The notes beneath the pieces were generated by a model, which was not told where the DNA came from, made no database searches, and saw nothing but the letters and a program-made list of their open reading frames with translations. A stretch of 64,000 nucleotides of DNA from contig QKGS01000052.1 of the NCBI GenBank assembly GCA_003250355.1, forward strand, positions 1,908 through 65,907, written 5' to 3'. Below, in pieces: positions 38,733 through 48,887 of the stretch. The translations under genes were made by a program, and so were the position numbers. The first letter of the stretch is position 1. Every line of letters starts with the position of its first letter. Source of the DNA: Bacteroidota bacterium. Lineage in GTDB: Bacteria > Bacteroidota > Bacteroidia > Bacteroidales > SZUA-534.

Positions 38733-39737
38733 ATGGATCTTTCTAACTTAAATGCACCCAATACTCAAAACCGGGGTGCTTCTGCAAATACCGATGGCAA
38801 TGAACATGTAAAATGCTTAATAATAGGTTCAGGTCCGGCCGGATACACCGCTGCAATATATGCTGCCCGAGCTAACCTTAGCCCTGTTATGATACAAGGA
38901 ATGCAACCCGGGGGGCAGCTTACTACAACCACCGAGGTAGATAATTTTCCCGGCTACCCCGAAGGTGTTGACGGAAATGCTTTAATGGCCGACCTAAAAA
39001 AGCAAGCTGAACGCTTTGGTACCGATGTACGTTGGGGTATGGTTACTCAGGTCGACTTTTCAGGCTCTGTTCATAAAGTAGTAGTTGACGGTGAAAAAAC
39101 TATTACTGCCGATGCTGTTATTATATCAACAGGTGCAACAGCACGTTACCTTGGATTAGAATCGGAAAACAAATACCGCGGCGGAGGTGTTTCTGCTTGT
39201 GCTACCTGCGATGGCTTTTTCTATAAAGGCAAAGACGTAGCCGTAGTTGGTGCGGGCGATACCGCTGCCGAAGAAGCTACTTATCTTGCCAATATGTGTA
39301 AAAAAGTATACATGATAGTACGCAAAGATTACATGAGAGCATCGAAAGCAATGCAAAAACGTGTTGACGAAACTCCTAATATTGAAGTACTTTACGAACA
39401 TAATACAAAAGAAATATTAGGCGATGGAAATGTTGTTACCGGAGCACGTTTAATTAAGAAAGCAGGTACTGCCGAAGAGTCAGAAACAGAAATAAAAATT
39501 GACGGTTTCTTCCTTGCTATTGGTCATACGCCAAACTCTGACGTATTCAAACCATATATTAAAACCGACGAAACCGGATACATTATTACTAAGCCCAACT
39601 CTACACATACCAATGTACCGGGTGTATTTGCCTGCGGCGATGTTATGGATCACACATACCGCCAGGCTGTAACAGCTGCCGGCTCGGGCTGCAAAGCAGC
39701 TCTCGACACTGAACGATACCTTGCTTCAAAAGAATAA
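38733..39737 (+). CDS. trxB: Thioredoxin-disulfide reductase
   Basis: 334 aa. FAD motif IIGSGPAGYTAA, redox-active CATC in SACATCDG, NADPH motif VVGAGDTAAEEA. Confidence 0.95.
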   Translation: MDLSNLNAPNTQNRGASANTDGNEHVKCLIIGSGPAGYTAAIYAARANLSPVMIQGMQPGGQLTTTTEVDNFPGYPEGVDGNALMADLKKQAERFGTDVRWGMVTQVDFSGSVHKVVVDGEKTITADAVIISTGATARYLGLESENKYRGGGVSACATCDGFFYKGKDVAVVGAGDTAAEEATYLANMCKKVYMIVRKDYMRASKAMQKRVDETPNIEVLYEHNTKEILGDGNVVTGARLIKKAGTAEESETEIKIDGFFLAIGHTPNSDVFKPYIKTDETGYIITKPNSTHTNVPGVFACGDVMDHTYRQAVTAAGSGCKAALDTERYLASKE

Positions 39738-39748
39738 ATACAAAAAAA

Positions 39749-39772
39749 ACGAACCTTGCGGTTCGTTTTTTA
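39749..39772. terminator. Bidirectional rho-independent terminator (trxB and the convergent hybrid kinase)
   Basis: ACGAACC-TTGC-GGTTCGT flanked by an A-run upstream and TTTTTT downstream. Confidence 0.75.
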
Positions 39773-42700
39773 TTTATCTATAAGTAATGCCTGCTTAACT
39801 TTTGCTAATAATACTGCTTGGTTTATTGGCTTCGATATATAGTCAGTACAACCAGCCTCAAAAGCTTTATCCTCATCGCTCTTCATTGCAAATGCTGTTT
39901 GTGCAATTATTGGAATTTTTGATCCTTTACTCCTAATTTTCCTTACAATATCGAGCCCCGACATATCGGGCAAACCTATATCCATTAGTATTAAATCAAA
40001 ATCCTGTTTTACAAACTCCTCCATTGCATCTTTGCCACTATACGCAATAGTTATGTCAAATTTTAATTCTTGCATCACCTCTTTTAAAAACAAGGCATTG
40101 AGCTTATCATCTTCAACTATCAACAGGTTTACAGCATTTGACGTTAATGCTATTTCTTGTTCAGTAATACTTACTGAACCTTGCTCATACACAATTCCGG
40201 GCAAGGTAAAAAAGAATGTTGCTCCTTTACCAATCTCCGATTCTACCCATATACGCCCTCCCATTAAATAAAGTATTTCACGTACTATTGACAATCCTAA
40301 TCCATTGCCGCCATATAACCTGTCGTTACTTACCCCAACCTGCCTAAAGCGTTCAAATATTAACTCATGATTAATATTATCAATACCTATCCCTGTATCT
40401 CTAACATAAAAAGTTATATCGTGGTTACTAAATTGGTCTATACCAAACGAAACCTCGCCAGAATTAGTAAACTTTAGTGCATTATCAATCAAATTAGTAA
40501 ACACTTGCATAAAACGCGATTCATCGGCAATAATATATTTCACTTCATTTACTCTACTTACTGTAAGTTTTATATTCTTTTTAGTTTCTATTATTTGCCG
40601 TGCATATATATCTTCAAGATTGTTAAATACTTTATTAATTTGAACCTTTTTATTAAAAAGCTCCAATGAATTGTTTTCCAATGCCGATATATCAAGTATA
40701 TCATTTACAATATGTAGCAAACCCTGCGAACTACTTCTTATTATTGATGAATAATTCTCACGTTGGGCTTCTGACAAATTCGGCTTTGTAACCAACAAAT
40801 CGGTAAACCCCATAATCCCATTTAACGGTGTGCGAATTTCATGACTCATATTTGCCAAAAACACCGATTTTAACTTATTGGCCTTTTCTGCTTCGTCCTT
40901 TGCATTTATAAGTTCCTCTTTATACTCATTTTCTTTTAAAATTGCATTTAAAAGTGGAGTAATATAATTACAAAATTTACTTAGTGAATCCTTATCTATT
41001 TTAGAATAACCATTAGGTCTATTAGCTAATACTATTAAACCTTTAACTTTATTCCTATCTTTTATTACTGAAGCAATAGCATTATTAAGCTTTATATGTC
41101 CATAAGGCAACTTCAATTTACTGTTTTGAACAATGGCTTTCTTCTCCATAATGCTTCGCCCCCATATACCTCCCCACTTCTCTTTAGCAAAAACCATATT
41201 CTTATCGTCCATTTGACATTTATCCATAACTGTCGATGTTATTGATGGACAAACCAAATCGCCTTCTTTATTTATATATCCAAATAAGCCATATTCGCTA
41301 TCAAAAAATTCCAATAGTATTTCTAAAACTCCATTAAATACCATTGAATCATTTTTAGTTACAAAAGTCTCTGCAATTTTTGTCTCAGTCTCAAGACGCT
41401 TGTTTGTCATTATTTTTTCGGTAACATCTGAAAAAACAGTTACTATTTCACCTGAATCAAGTTTATATATATAATTATCAATCCACCCTTCCCACTTATT
41501 GTTACTATAAAAAAATGGCTCCAGCTTAATATCATTGCCTGTTATGTTTACACTTTGCAGTGCTGTGTAAAGAGGGCTGTTAACCATTTGAGAAAACTCT
41601 CCTAATAATGTTTTCCCCAACACCTCTTTACATTCGGTATTTGTTATTTGCTCTGCACTTTTATTAAATGCAATAAACTCAAAATCATCACCATTATGTA
41701 ATGGTTTATATATTGCCACTCCACTATCTATATTTTCTATAAGCTTATTTAGCCTTGTTTCACTTTGCAGTACATTATTATATAACTCCTTGTACCTCTC
41801 TTCACTAACTCTTATTTTTCTCTCTTGCTCTTTGAATAAAGTTATATCTTCTACAGTAAGCAAAACCATATTCCCCTCATTACCAATTCTCTTAGTTGAT
41901 ATAAGAATATTCAATACCCGAGCATCTCCGTTAGTATCTTTTACATTTAAAATTGTTTCTATTCTATAAACCTCTTTTCCTGCTCTAAGAGTATGTTCTA
42001 CAGAGTTACGAATAGAACAAACGCTGCAATTATCGCCAGCCCCACAACCATTGGGATTACTTAGTGCCTCAACGCATCGGAACACATCGCCCCCTTGCAT
42101 ACTGTATACTTCTTCCTGACTCTGACCTACCATTTCGAGCCCGGTATTGTTCATTTCTATTATCTCTGTTCTATCATTTAGTAATACCATACAAGTTGGA
42201 GCACTATTAAATACAGCCTTTAGTATCCCCTCTTTCTCCGACTTTTCGCTTAAAGCTTTCTCTAATTTATTATTTAAGGCTTGTGTGTTTTCAAGACTCT
42301 CTTCAAGCTCTGCATTTATTACTTCTAATGCAGCACTCTTTTCCTCTACCTCCTCCCTTGCCTTTACTCTTTGGGTTATTTCATAAAATGTTACAGCAAA
42401 AAAACCTTTCTGCGGCGAATACGAACGTGTATCGTAATATTTATCAAAAGCTTCAACATAATTTGTATAACTAATTGACTCCCCCGATAATGCAACTTTC
42501 CCATAAGTTTCTATCCAGCTCTTTTCCAAATTTGGAATTACCTCCAACACCCTTTTCCCAATTATTTTATTGCGTACTAAGCCGGTCTGTTTCTCAAATT
42601 CTGAGTTGCAGTCTATAAAAATATAATCACACGGTATTCCATTCTCATCAAAAACCATCTCATGCAATGCAAATGCAGCATTCATATTAGTAAATAACTG

Positions 42701-43168
42701 ATGATATTTCTCTCGCTCTTCTGTTATAATTCGATTCTTCTCTTCAAGTTCCTCTATCGAAGTTTGATACTCCTCGGTCAACGATTTATACTCTTCATTC
42801 TGTTTTAATATCTTGTTCTCTTTTTCAAAACAATCAGTTACATTACTTAAAATGGATACATATTTATTCTCCCCATTTACTAACTCCAGCTCTAATACTT
42901 TTGCTTTAAATATCTTACCATCTACAGTTATTAATTTTCCGACACTACCTTTTTCTTTATTCTTACAAAATAAGGAACAATCAATATCCGGTTCATTTTT
43001 ATCACATAACAAATCATAACAATGCAGATTGCTTATCGGCTTTTCTAATTTAAAAAGCTCCATACCACTATTATTGATATCTGCAATAGTATAATCTTCA
43101 TTAATAATAATAACAGTATCCGGAATCGTGTTATATATAAGCTCCAATATAGATTTTTCATCACCCAT
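39770..43168 (-). CDS. Hybrid sensor histidine kinase / response regulator with multiple PAS domains and a GAF-like domain
   Basis: 1132 aa. His[13 protein letters not shown]; HATPase DTGIGI...[10 protein letters not shown]; C-terminal receiver LLIVEDD...[11 protein letters not shown]...KP. Confidence 0.9.
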   Translation of the reverse strand: MGDEKSILELIYNTIPDTVIIINEDYTIADINNSGMELFKLEKPISNLHCYDLLCDKNEPDIDCSLFCKNKEKGSVGKLITVDGKIFKAKVLELELVNGENKYVSILSNVTDCFEKENKILKQNEEYKSLTEEYQTSIEELEEKNRIITEEREKYHQLFTNMNAAFALHEMVFDENGIPCDYIFIDCNSEFEKQTGLVRNKIIGKRVLEVIPNLEKSWIETYGKVALSGESISYTNYVEAFDKYYDTRSYSPQKGFFAVTFYEITQRVKAREEVEEKSAALEVINAELEESLENTQALNNKLEKALSEKSEKEGILKAVFNSAPTCMVLLNDRTEIIEMNNTGLEMVGQSQEEVYSMQGGDVFRCVEALSNPNGCGAGDNCSVCSIRNSVEHTLRAGKEVYRIETILNVKDTNGDARVLNILISTKRIGNEGNMVLLTVEDITLFKEQERKIRVSEERYKELYNNVLQSETRLNKLIENIDSGVAIYKPLHNGDDFEFIAFNKSAEQITNTECKEVLGKTLLGEFSQMVNSPLYTALQSVNITGNDIKLEPFFYSNNKWEGWIDNYIYKLDSGEIVTVFSDVTEKIMTNKRLETETKIAETFVTKNDSMVFNGVLEILLEFFDSEYGLFGYINKEGDLVCPSITSTVMDKCQMDDKNMVFAKEKWGGIWGRSIMEKKAIVQNSKLKLPYGHIKLNNAIASVIKDRNKVKGLIVLANRPNGYSKIDKDSLSKFCNYITPLLNAILKENEYKEELINAKDEAEKANKLKSVFLANMSHEIRTPLNGIMGFTDLLVTKPNLSEAQRENYSSIIRSSSQGLLHIVNDILDISALENNSLELFNKKVQINKVFNNLEDIYARQIIETKKNIKLTVSRVNEVKYIIADESRFMQVFTNLIDNALKFTNSGEVSFGIDQFSNHDITFYVRDTGIGIDNINHELIFERFRQVGVSNDRLYGGNGLGLSIVREILYLMGGRIWVESEIGKGATFFFTLPGIVYEQGSVSITEQEIALTSNAVNLLIVEDDKLNALFLKEVMQELKFDITIAYSGKDAMEEFVKQDFDLILMDIGLPDMSGLDIVRKIRSKGSKIPIIAQTAFAMKSDEDKAFEAGCTDYISKPINQAVLLAKVKQALLIDK

Positions 43169-43488
43169 AACTACAATTTACAATTATACAATAAGAATAA
43201 TATTCTGAATTCAAATACCTTTTTATGAGTACTCCTAAAATTAAAAAATTATAGTGGCTAAAAAAACTCATATATATTATTAATTAACTACAACCGGAAT
43301 ATACACCATGTTTAAAAGCATTTAATACTATTATAATACCACAGTGTTAATAGAATTTTAATATAAAACATAGCAGATATATATTTCGTCTGTTTATATT
43401 TTATACTTTTATAACTAAACAAACAATAAATATTTGTATCTTTTTTATTACACTATTACAAACATTAGTTATTTTAAATTAGTCCTTA

Positions 43489-43860
43489 TTGATGAAAAAA
43501 ATATTAGTAGTTGACGATTCTGAAGTGAATTTATACTTAATACAATCTACCTTTGAAGACAATAAAAACATTCAGGTAGATATAGAAAGCAATAGCACTA
43601 AAGCTATTGCACGACTTAGTGAGAAGAAGTATGATTTACTACTTCTTGACCTTATGATGCCTATTGTTGACGGTTTTGAAATACTCAGGAAAATAAAAAA
43701 CAATAACCTTTCACCTAACACCAAAATTATTGTTATTAGTGCCAAACAGGATCAGGAAACTATTCAACTGGTTTTAGACTATGGTGCTTTACACTATATA
43801 AAAAAACCAATAAACTTACTTGAAATTGAATCAATAGTTAAGAAAACCCTTGATATATAA
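43489..43860 (+). CDS. Stand-alone response-regulator receiver domain protein
   Basis: 123 aa. ILVVDDSE...LLLLDLMMPIVDG...KP. Confidence 0.85.
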   Translation: MMKKILVVDDSEVNLYLIQSTFEDNKNIQVDIESNSTKAIARLSEKKYDLLLLDLMMPIVDGFEILRKIKNNNLSPNTKIIVISAKQDQETIQLVLDYGALHYIKKPINLLEIESIVKKTLDI

Positions 43861-43872
43861 GTTACTATTGAA

Positions 43873-44628
43873 CTAAATAACCACTAAATCGCTAACTTTT
43901 AACCAACCCTTATTACCATCGGACAAGCGAATACGGCGCCAGTCATCAAGCTGGTCTACAACTTTTATTTTTAATCCTTCGTGAATTATAAACAGTTCGG
44001 TTCCGGCTGCATTCGGAGCACTTTTTACTACTACCGATGGTGTAATAATTATAGCTTCGGGTTCTTTTTCGGCATACCACTTCATTTTGCGTGAAGCATT
44101 AAACGATACAAAAAATGAACCTATAAAAAGTATGCCAATCCAAAATGTTGCTTTACGTATAACCGATATTCTTGAAAAAAAGAAAACAAGCAATAGTAAT
44201 AAGCCACTTACAAACAATGCTATACTAATTAGAGCCCATATATTTGAACTTAATAAATGGTTGAATTTGTAACGCCAATTACTGAGGAAAAATTCAGGCA
44301 TCACTTCAAGTTTATCAATAATATTCATATTGGCCATTTCTAAGTTAAATGCAATATCAGAATCGCCGGGGCTTAGCTTTAAAGCACGCTCATAGTTAAC
44401 TATTGCCATTGGGTATTTGTTCGATTTATAATAGGCATTACCCAAATTATAGTATAGCTCTGAACTATGTACCCCCTCAGAAAGAACTTGCTCATATAAT
44501 TGTATTGCTTTTTCAAAATTACCATTTGAATAATAAGTGTTTGCCGAATCGAGTGGCTGATACGAATGCTGAGCATTGGCCGTAAAGGCTATATATAATA
44601 TTGATATAATTGTTATTGCTGACTTCAT
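43873..44628 (-). CDS. batE: BatE-like TPR + SH3 domain protein
   Basis: I chose the start at the internal ATG 44628-44626 (MKSAITIISILYIAFTANA signal), 2 nt after the batD stop. The track's start at 44736 would overlap batD. TPR repeats (YYNLGNAYYK), a TM segment, and a C-terminal SH3-like WRRIRLSDGNKGWL. Confidence 0.75.
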   Translation of the reverse strand: MKSAITIISILYIAFTANAQHSYQPLDSANTYYSNGNFEKAIQLYEQVLSEGVHSSELYYNLGNAYYKSNKYPMAIVNYERALKLSPGDSDIAFNLEMANMNIIDKLEVMPEFFLSNWRYKFNHLLSSNIWALISIALFVSGLLLLLVFFFSRISVIRKATFWIGILFIGSFFVSFNASRKMKWYAEKEPEAIIITPSVVVKSAPNAAGTELFIIHEGLKIKVVDQLDDWRRIRLSDGNKGWLKVSDLVVI

Positions 44629-44630
44629 AA

Positions 44631-46445
44631 TTACTTTATTTTTTGGTTTAGATTTGAAATTATATTGCCTGCTTTTTTGTAAATATCGGCAGTGCCGCCC
44701 GATACTGCCGATGGAGCATAGCGGGCAAACTCGCATGAATTAAGTAATTCCATAAGCTCATTTATTGCTTCTGTATCAACAGAATGTGATTTAAGTATAC
44801 CTTCAACATTGTCTTTTGACAGGTTTGAAACAGGTATTGAAAGTTTATCGCTTAAGAAACCCCACATAGCTTTAAGTATTTCTTCATAAAACAGAGCATC
44901 TTCATTGTTTTTCATATGCAATGCTGCTTTTTTAAGTCGCTTTTGCGAAACCTTACCTGCTTTACGGTTTTTCATTTTTGCCTGATTGGCATTTTGCTTA
45001 ATGCGGTTACGCTGAATAGCCAATATTACAATAAAAAGTGCAAGAGAACCAAATATTATTAAATAATACTCTTTGGAACCAAACAAAAAATCTTTCTTTT
45101 TGTAAAGTTCATAATTAGTTTTTATAAAGCGTATATCCTGCCCCAAAAAGCGGACATCTTCTTTGCTTACTCCCTGCACTACTCCTGAACTTTGTGCCTC
45201 GCTGTTTTCTCCGCGGGTCACATTTATTTCAAACTCATCGGAAGTGTGTGTCTGGTATGTTTTTGTTTTTGTATCGAAATATGTAAACTTAACAGGTGGT
45301 ATACGGTAAGTTCCGGCAAAGCGCGGTATTATTAAATAATTGAACGATACACTGCCTGTAACTCCGTTTGTTCCGGCATCGGTTTTAAGTGTTGTTTTTG
45401 GGTCGTATACATCAAGGTCGGGTGGAAAGTCAACTTTCAATGGTTTTATAAGTTTCATGTTCCCGTTTCCTGAAATACGTATTCGCAAATTAACAGCTTC
45501 GTTTGCCGCAATATCGGTTTTGTCAATAGCTGCAACCATATCCATGTCTCCAACAGCTCCGTTAAAATCGGCAGGCTTATTGGCCGGTAGTGGTTTTACA
45601 TTTATGGTAATAGGTTTACTTTTTACATTCTTTTTAACTGTACGATATGAGCCCCCGAAAAAATCGTCGAAAGGGTTGTTGCTACGTACCTGCTGACGTA
45701 CAAGCATTGTAATATCGAATGGTTCTATTGTTAGTTCGCCACTACGCTGCGGGAATAAAAGTGTCTTTTTAAATACCCCCACTTCGTATATTTCGCCATT
45801 TACATTTTCGCGGGTAAGTTGTATTTGTTGGGGTGTTTCTATGTCCTGACTCCAAAAACCGGTATAGGCAGGGAATTTTATATCCTCAAAACCGGCAAGC
45901 GAAACTTTTGTATATACTTTAATAGTAGCTGTTAAATGCTCGCCCTGATAAAGGTTACGCTTATCAACATCGACCGATACATACAAATCGGTACCGTTTA
46001 CTGTTCCTGTACTTTGTTGTGAGCCTTGGTTTTGTTGATTATTGCCGCCCGCCTGAGCCTGCTGTTGCCCCTGAACAACCTCAATCTGCCTTGCCGGTGT
46101 GGAATAATCTTTTCGCCCTACTTTTATGGTTGCCGAAGGTATTGTAAATGTTCCTTCTTGCTGTGCCATAAGTATATACGTGTAGGTAAATGACTGTTCT
46201 TGTGTCATTTGACCATTAATTATTTGTACACTACTACTACTCGACACATTGGGGCCGCTTAATACTGAAAAACCGTCGAGCGATGGCCAGTGAAAATCTT
46301 TACCCCGTTCGTTTACCGCAAAAGATAAACGGAACTGCTCTCCAACCCGAACAACTTTTGGTGCCGATGCGGTAAATTCTACCTGAGCTTTTAATGCTAC
46401 TGCTGCAAATAATAACAGCCATACTACACTAAATTTCTTTATCAT
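44631..46445 (-). CDS. batD: BatD aerotolerance-operon protein
   Basis: 604 aa. Signal peptide, a large beta-rich ectodomain, one TM near residue ~470 and a cytoplasmic tail. Position is between batC and batE. Confidence 0.75.
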   Translation of the reverse strand: MIKKFSVVWLLLFAAVALKAQVEFTASAPKVVRVGEQFRLSFAVNERGKDFHWPSLDGFSVLSGPNVSSSSSVQIINGQMTQEQSFTYTYILMAQQEGTFTIPSATIKVGRKDYSTPARQIEVVQGQQQAQAGGNNQQNQGSQQSTGTVNGTDLYVSVDVDKRNLYQGEHLTATIKVYTKVSLAGFEDIKFPAYTGFWSQDIETPQQIQLTRENVNGEIYEVGVFKKTLLFPQRSGELTIEPFDITMLVRQQVRSNNPFDDFFGGSYRTVKKNVKSKPITINVKPLPANKPADFNGAVGDMDMVAAIDKTDIAANEAVNLRIRISGNGNMKLIKPLKVDFPPDLDVYDPKTTLKTDAGTNGVTGSVSFNYLIIPRFAGTYRIPPVKFTYFDTKTKTYQTHTSDEFEINVTRGENSEAQSSGVVQGVSKEDVRFLGQDIRFIKTNYELYKKKDFLFGSKEYYLIIFGSLALFIVILAIQRNRIKQNANQAKMKNRKAGKVSQKRLKKAALHMKNNEDALFYEEILKAMWGFLSDKLSIPVSNLSKDNVEGILKSHSVDTEAINELMELLNSCEFARYAPSAVSGGTADIYKKAGNIISNLNQKIK

Positions 46446-46695
46446 ATTTTTATATTGTTTCGTCGTTTTAATATTTGTTGTTCAAAAATAGTATTTTTCA
46501 TGACTCTTAATATTGTATTCCAGTTGTATTCCAGTCTCTGCATTCAATGTCGTTTAGTTAAGGTGTTTAAAGTTCACCCTCCTGACCTCCCTCAATGGAG
46601 GACTTTTCCAATTTAGCATCACTGCTAAATAATATTTTCAAATTCAACTTTAATCATTATTGCTCACTTTATACACTTATTTACTGTCGGCTGCA

Positions 46696-47442
46696 CTACC
46701 AATCTTTCTCACTCTTCACATTCCTTGGCTGAGCCTTTTGTTTCTGAACTTTTTCCTGAACATCTTTTTCATCGTTTTGCAATGCTTCAAGTATTCTCAT
46801 AGCATCTTCTTTCGATATTTTTTCAGGATTACCCTGTTGTTCTTGTTCATTTTGCTGTTGCTGTTGCTGTTGCTGGTCTTGATTTTGCTGCTGTTGCTGC
46901 TCATCTTCGTTCTTATCCCGATTTTGGTCTTGTTCTTGTTGGTCTTGCTGTTGCTGTTGCGGTGGCTCCTGATTCTTTTTGTTTTGCGCCCATGCTAAAT
47001 TGTATTTTGTTTCAAAATCGTCAGGATTATTACGCAGAGAGTTTTTATAAGCTTCTATAGCTTCGTCGAGCTTTTGGTTAAACAGATACGAATTGCCCAT
47101 ATTGTGATATGCCTTAGCAAGCTTTTCTTTATCGGATTGATTCATGCCTGTAACTGCCTGATACTGACGGATAGCATCTTCGTATTTTCCCTGCTTATAT
47201 AGGCTGTTGGCAACATTGTAAAGTGCATCCCAGTTGTTAGGGTCTTTTTCCAATGCTTTACGATAGTCAGCCTCGGCCGATTGATACATTGTTGTATCTA
47301 CGGTTACCGAGTCAATAACAGCTTTTTTATAATCGCGGTTTCCCCTGCGAATATGTTTACGTTCGTCTTGTCCGCTCATTTGCACGTAAGTGCCGGCAAG
47401 CAGTAATAGTAGTGTTAGTATTTTTAGTTTGTTCATAATCAT
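46696..47442 (-). CDS. batC: BatC-like TPR protein with Q/D/E-rich tail
   Basis: 248 aa. Signal peptide, TPR repeats (ALYNVANSLYKQGKYEDA; AYHNMGNSYL), then a poly-Q tract. Confidence 0.75.
   Translation of the reverse strand: MIMNKLKILTLLLLLAGTYVQMSGQDERKHIRRGNRDYKKAVIDSVTVDTTMYQSAEADYRKALEKDPNNWDALYNVANSLYKQGKYEDAIRQYQAVTGMNQSDKEKLAKAYHNMGNSYLFNQKLDEAIEAYKNSLRNNPDDFETKYNLAWAQNKKNQEPPQQQQQDQQEQDQNRDKNEDEQQQQQNQDQQQQQQQQNEQEQQGNPEKISKEDAMRILEALQNDEKDVQEKVQKQKAQPRNVKSEKDW
46834..46959 (-). repeat. CAA/CAG-rich low-complexity tract encoding a poly-Q/D/E segment of BatC
   Basis: The plus strand is runs of TTGCTG/CTGTTG. The protein reads QQQQQDQQEQDQNRDKNEDEQQQQQNQDQQQQQQQQNEQEQQ. Confidence 0.9.
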
Positions 47443-47483
47443 ATTATTTATGCCGCTAATTTGCGAATATATTATTCCAGTTT

Positions 47484-47626
47484 GTTGCGATGCATATTAT
47501 CTTTGCACTTCCAATTCTTATGCTCTGCTTGCATCGCTTTTGTTATTGCCACTTTACCGTGGGGTTAGCTTCGCTGAATTTCAATTCACCCACGGCTATT
47601 ATATATCGCCCCGTTGGGGCTTTTTA
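47484..47626 (+). repeat. Copy A of a three-hairpin intergenic element (batC-batB spacer)
   Basis: P1 is GCGATGCA (47487-94) / TGCATCGC (47530-37). P2 is CCGTGGG (47557-63) / CCCACGG (47589-95). P3 is GCCCC-GTT-GGGGC (47608-20) followed by TTTTT. Homologous to 50127-50245. Confidence 0.8.
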
Positions 47627-47792
47627 TCTATTTATCTTTATCCCCTCTCCCTGTGGGTATCTATCCAATGGGAGAATAGCACTATATCAACAGTTATGCT
47701 AAATTGGAGTAAATATCCTTTTTATAAATCAATATAATAATTTTCAAATTCCATCATTCTCAAATTTTCACATTATTCTAATTTTCACATTA

Positions 47793-47827
47793 CTGCCTAC
47801 TGTGAACTGAATACTGCCAACTTCATT
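47793..47827 (-). repeat. Post-stop heptamer module; the minus strand reads GTTGGCA GTATTCA GTTCACA GTAGGCA G
   Basis: Starts 4 nt after the batB stop. About 27/35 identical to 62725-62759, which starts 3 nt after the DUF1641 gene stop. The two share the exact 11-mer ATACTGCCAAC (plus strand; 47811-21 and 62749-59). Confidence 0.8.
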
Positions 47828-48872
47828 ACTTCGCCAACAGATTATCTTTAAATAAATTTATCCCACTGAGCTTTCTGTTTTTTCTGAATAAAATAAAGAA
47901 TTCTACAAAAAGTAATAACAATGCAAAGCCTAAGAAATACTGATACTGTTCCTCATATTCTGAATAAACTTTCGCTTCCATTTCAGCTTTATCGAGTTGC
48001 TTTAGTTCATCGAAAAGTGCATTTAAACCTGTTTTTGTGTTATTGGCACGTATTGATTTTCCTCCACCGGCCGAGGCTATTTTGCTAAGCATTACCTCGT
48101 CGAGTTTTGAAATTACAACATTGCCTTGTTTGTCGGTTCTGTAATCCTTCTGTCCGTAATTGTTGTAAACAGGTATTGGTGCTCCTTTGGGCAATCCCAT
48201 ACCAATGGTATAAACCTTTATGCCTGCATCGTCGGCTGCTTGAGCCATTTCAACAGCATTTTCCTCATGGTTTTCACCATCGGTAATTATTACTATTGCC
48301 TTATTGTTTTCATCGCTTGGCGTAAAGCTTTTCATAGCCAGTTCTATGGCCGAACCTATTGCTGTACCTTGGTTTGAAATAAGGCTTGGATTAATAGTGC
48401 TAAGGAACATTTTTGCTGCGGTATAATCGGTTGTCATGGGCAATTGTACATAAGCATCGCCGGCAAAAACTATCAAAGCTATTTTGTCATTTTGCAGCCT
48501 GTCTACAAGCTTTGAAATAGCTCGCTTGGCATTTTCCAAACGGCTTGGAACTATATCCTCGGCAAGCATACTGTTTGAAATATCGAGAGCTATAACCATT
48601 TCTATCCCTTCACGTTTCGACTCACGTAATTTTGTACCAAACTGTGGTCCGGCCAAAGCAATAATAGCAAGCATAAGCGCTGTTTCTACCACCACCAACT
48701 TCACCCACGGACGCGACTTCGATGCATCGGGCATGAGTGCAGCTATAAGCTTTGAGTCGCCAAATGCCTGCAAGGCTTTTTTTCGGGCTCTACGGCCAAA
48801 TAAAAATACTATCCCCACTGCCGGAAGCAGTGCCAGTAAGTATAAAAATTCAGGTTTTGCAAATTGGAACAT
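47826..48872 (-). CDS. batB: BatB (VWA-domain, membrane-anchored)
   Basis: 348 aa. N-terminal TM and the VWA MIDAS motif VIALDISNSM. Confidence 0.85.
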   Translation of the reverse strand: MFQFAKPEFLYLLALLPAVGIVFLFGRRARKKALQAFGDSKLIAALMPDASKSRPWVKLVVVETALMLAIIALAGPQFGTKLRESKREGIEMVIALDISNSMLAEDIVPSRLENAKRAISKLVDRLQNDKIALIVFAGDAYVQLPMTTDYTAAKMFLSTINPSLISNQGTAIGSAIELAMKSFTPSDENNKAIVIITDGENHEENAVEMAQAADDAGIKVYTIGMGLPKGAPIPVYNNYGQKDYRTDKQGNVVISKLDEVMLSKIASAGGGKSIRANNTKTGLNALFDELKQLDKAEMEAKVYSEYEEQYQYFLGFALLLLFVEFFILFRKNRKLSGINLFKDNLLAK

Positions 48873-48887
48873 ATTCTGTTTTATTAA

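Noticed and set aside
44629-44736. N-terminal extension of the batE ORF (MRVCPLCSIGSIGRHC...), which has a Cys-rich look.
   Set aside because: It overlaps the 3' end of batD by more than 100 nt. The internal ATG at 44628 gives a normal signal peptide and the 2-nt spacing typical of this operon.
46660-46998. 112-aa Leu-rich plus-strand ORF.
   Set aside because: It is the antisense reading of the CAA/CAG poly-Q tract of batC, so it is a low-complexity artefact.
47490-47702. Plus-strand ORFs of 70 aa (47490-47702) and 64 aa (50133-50327), both starting MH..., which might be a small-protein family.
   Set aside because: The nucleotide blocks they share are read in different frames in the two copies (offset 35 versus 34 from the ATG). 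They lie antisense to the operon, and helix-preserving variation explains the similarity better than coding does.
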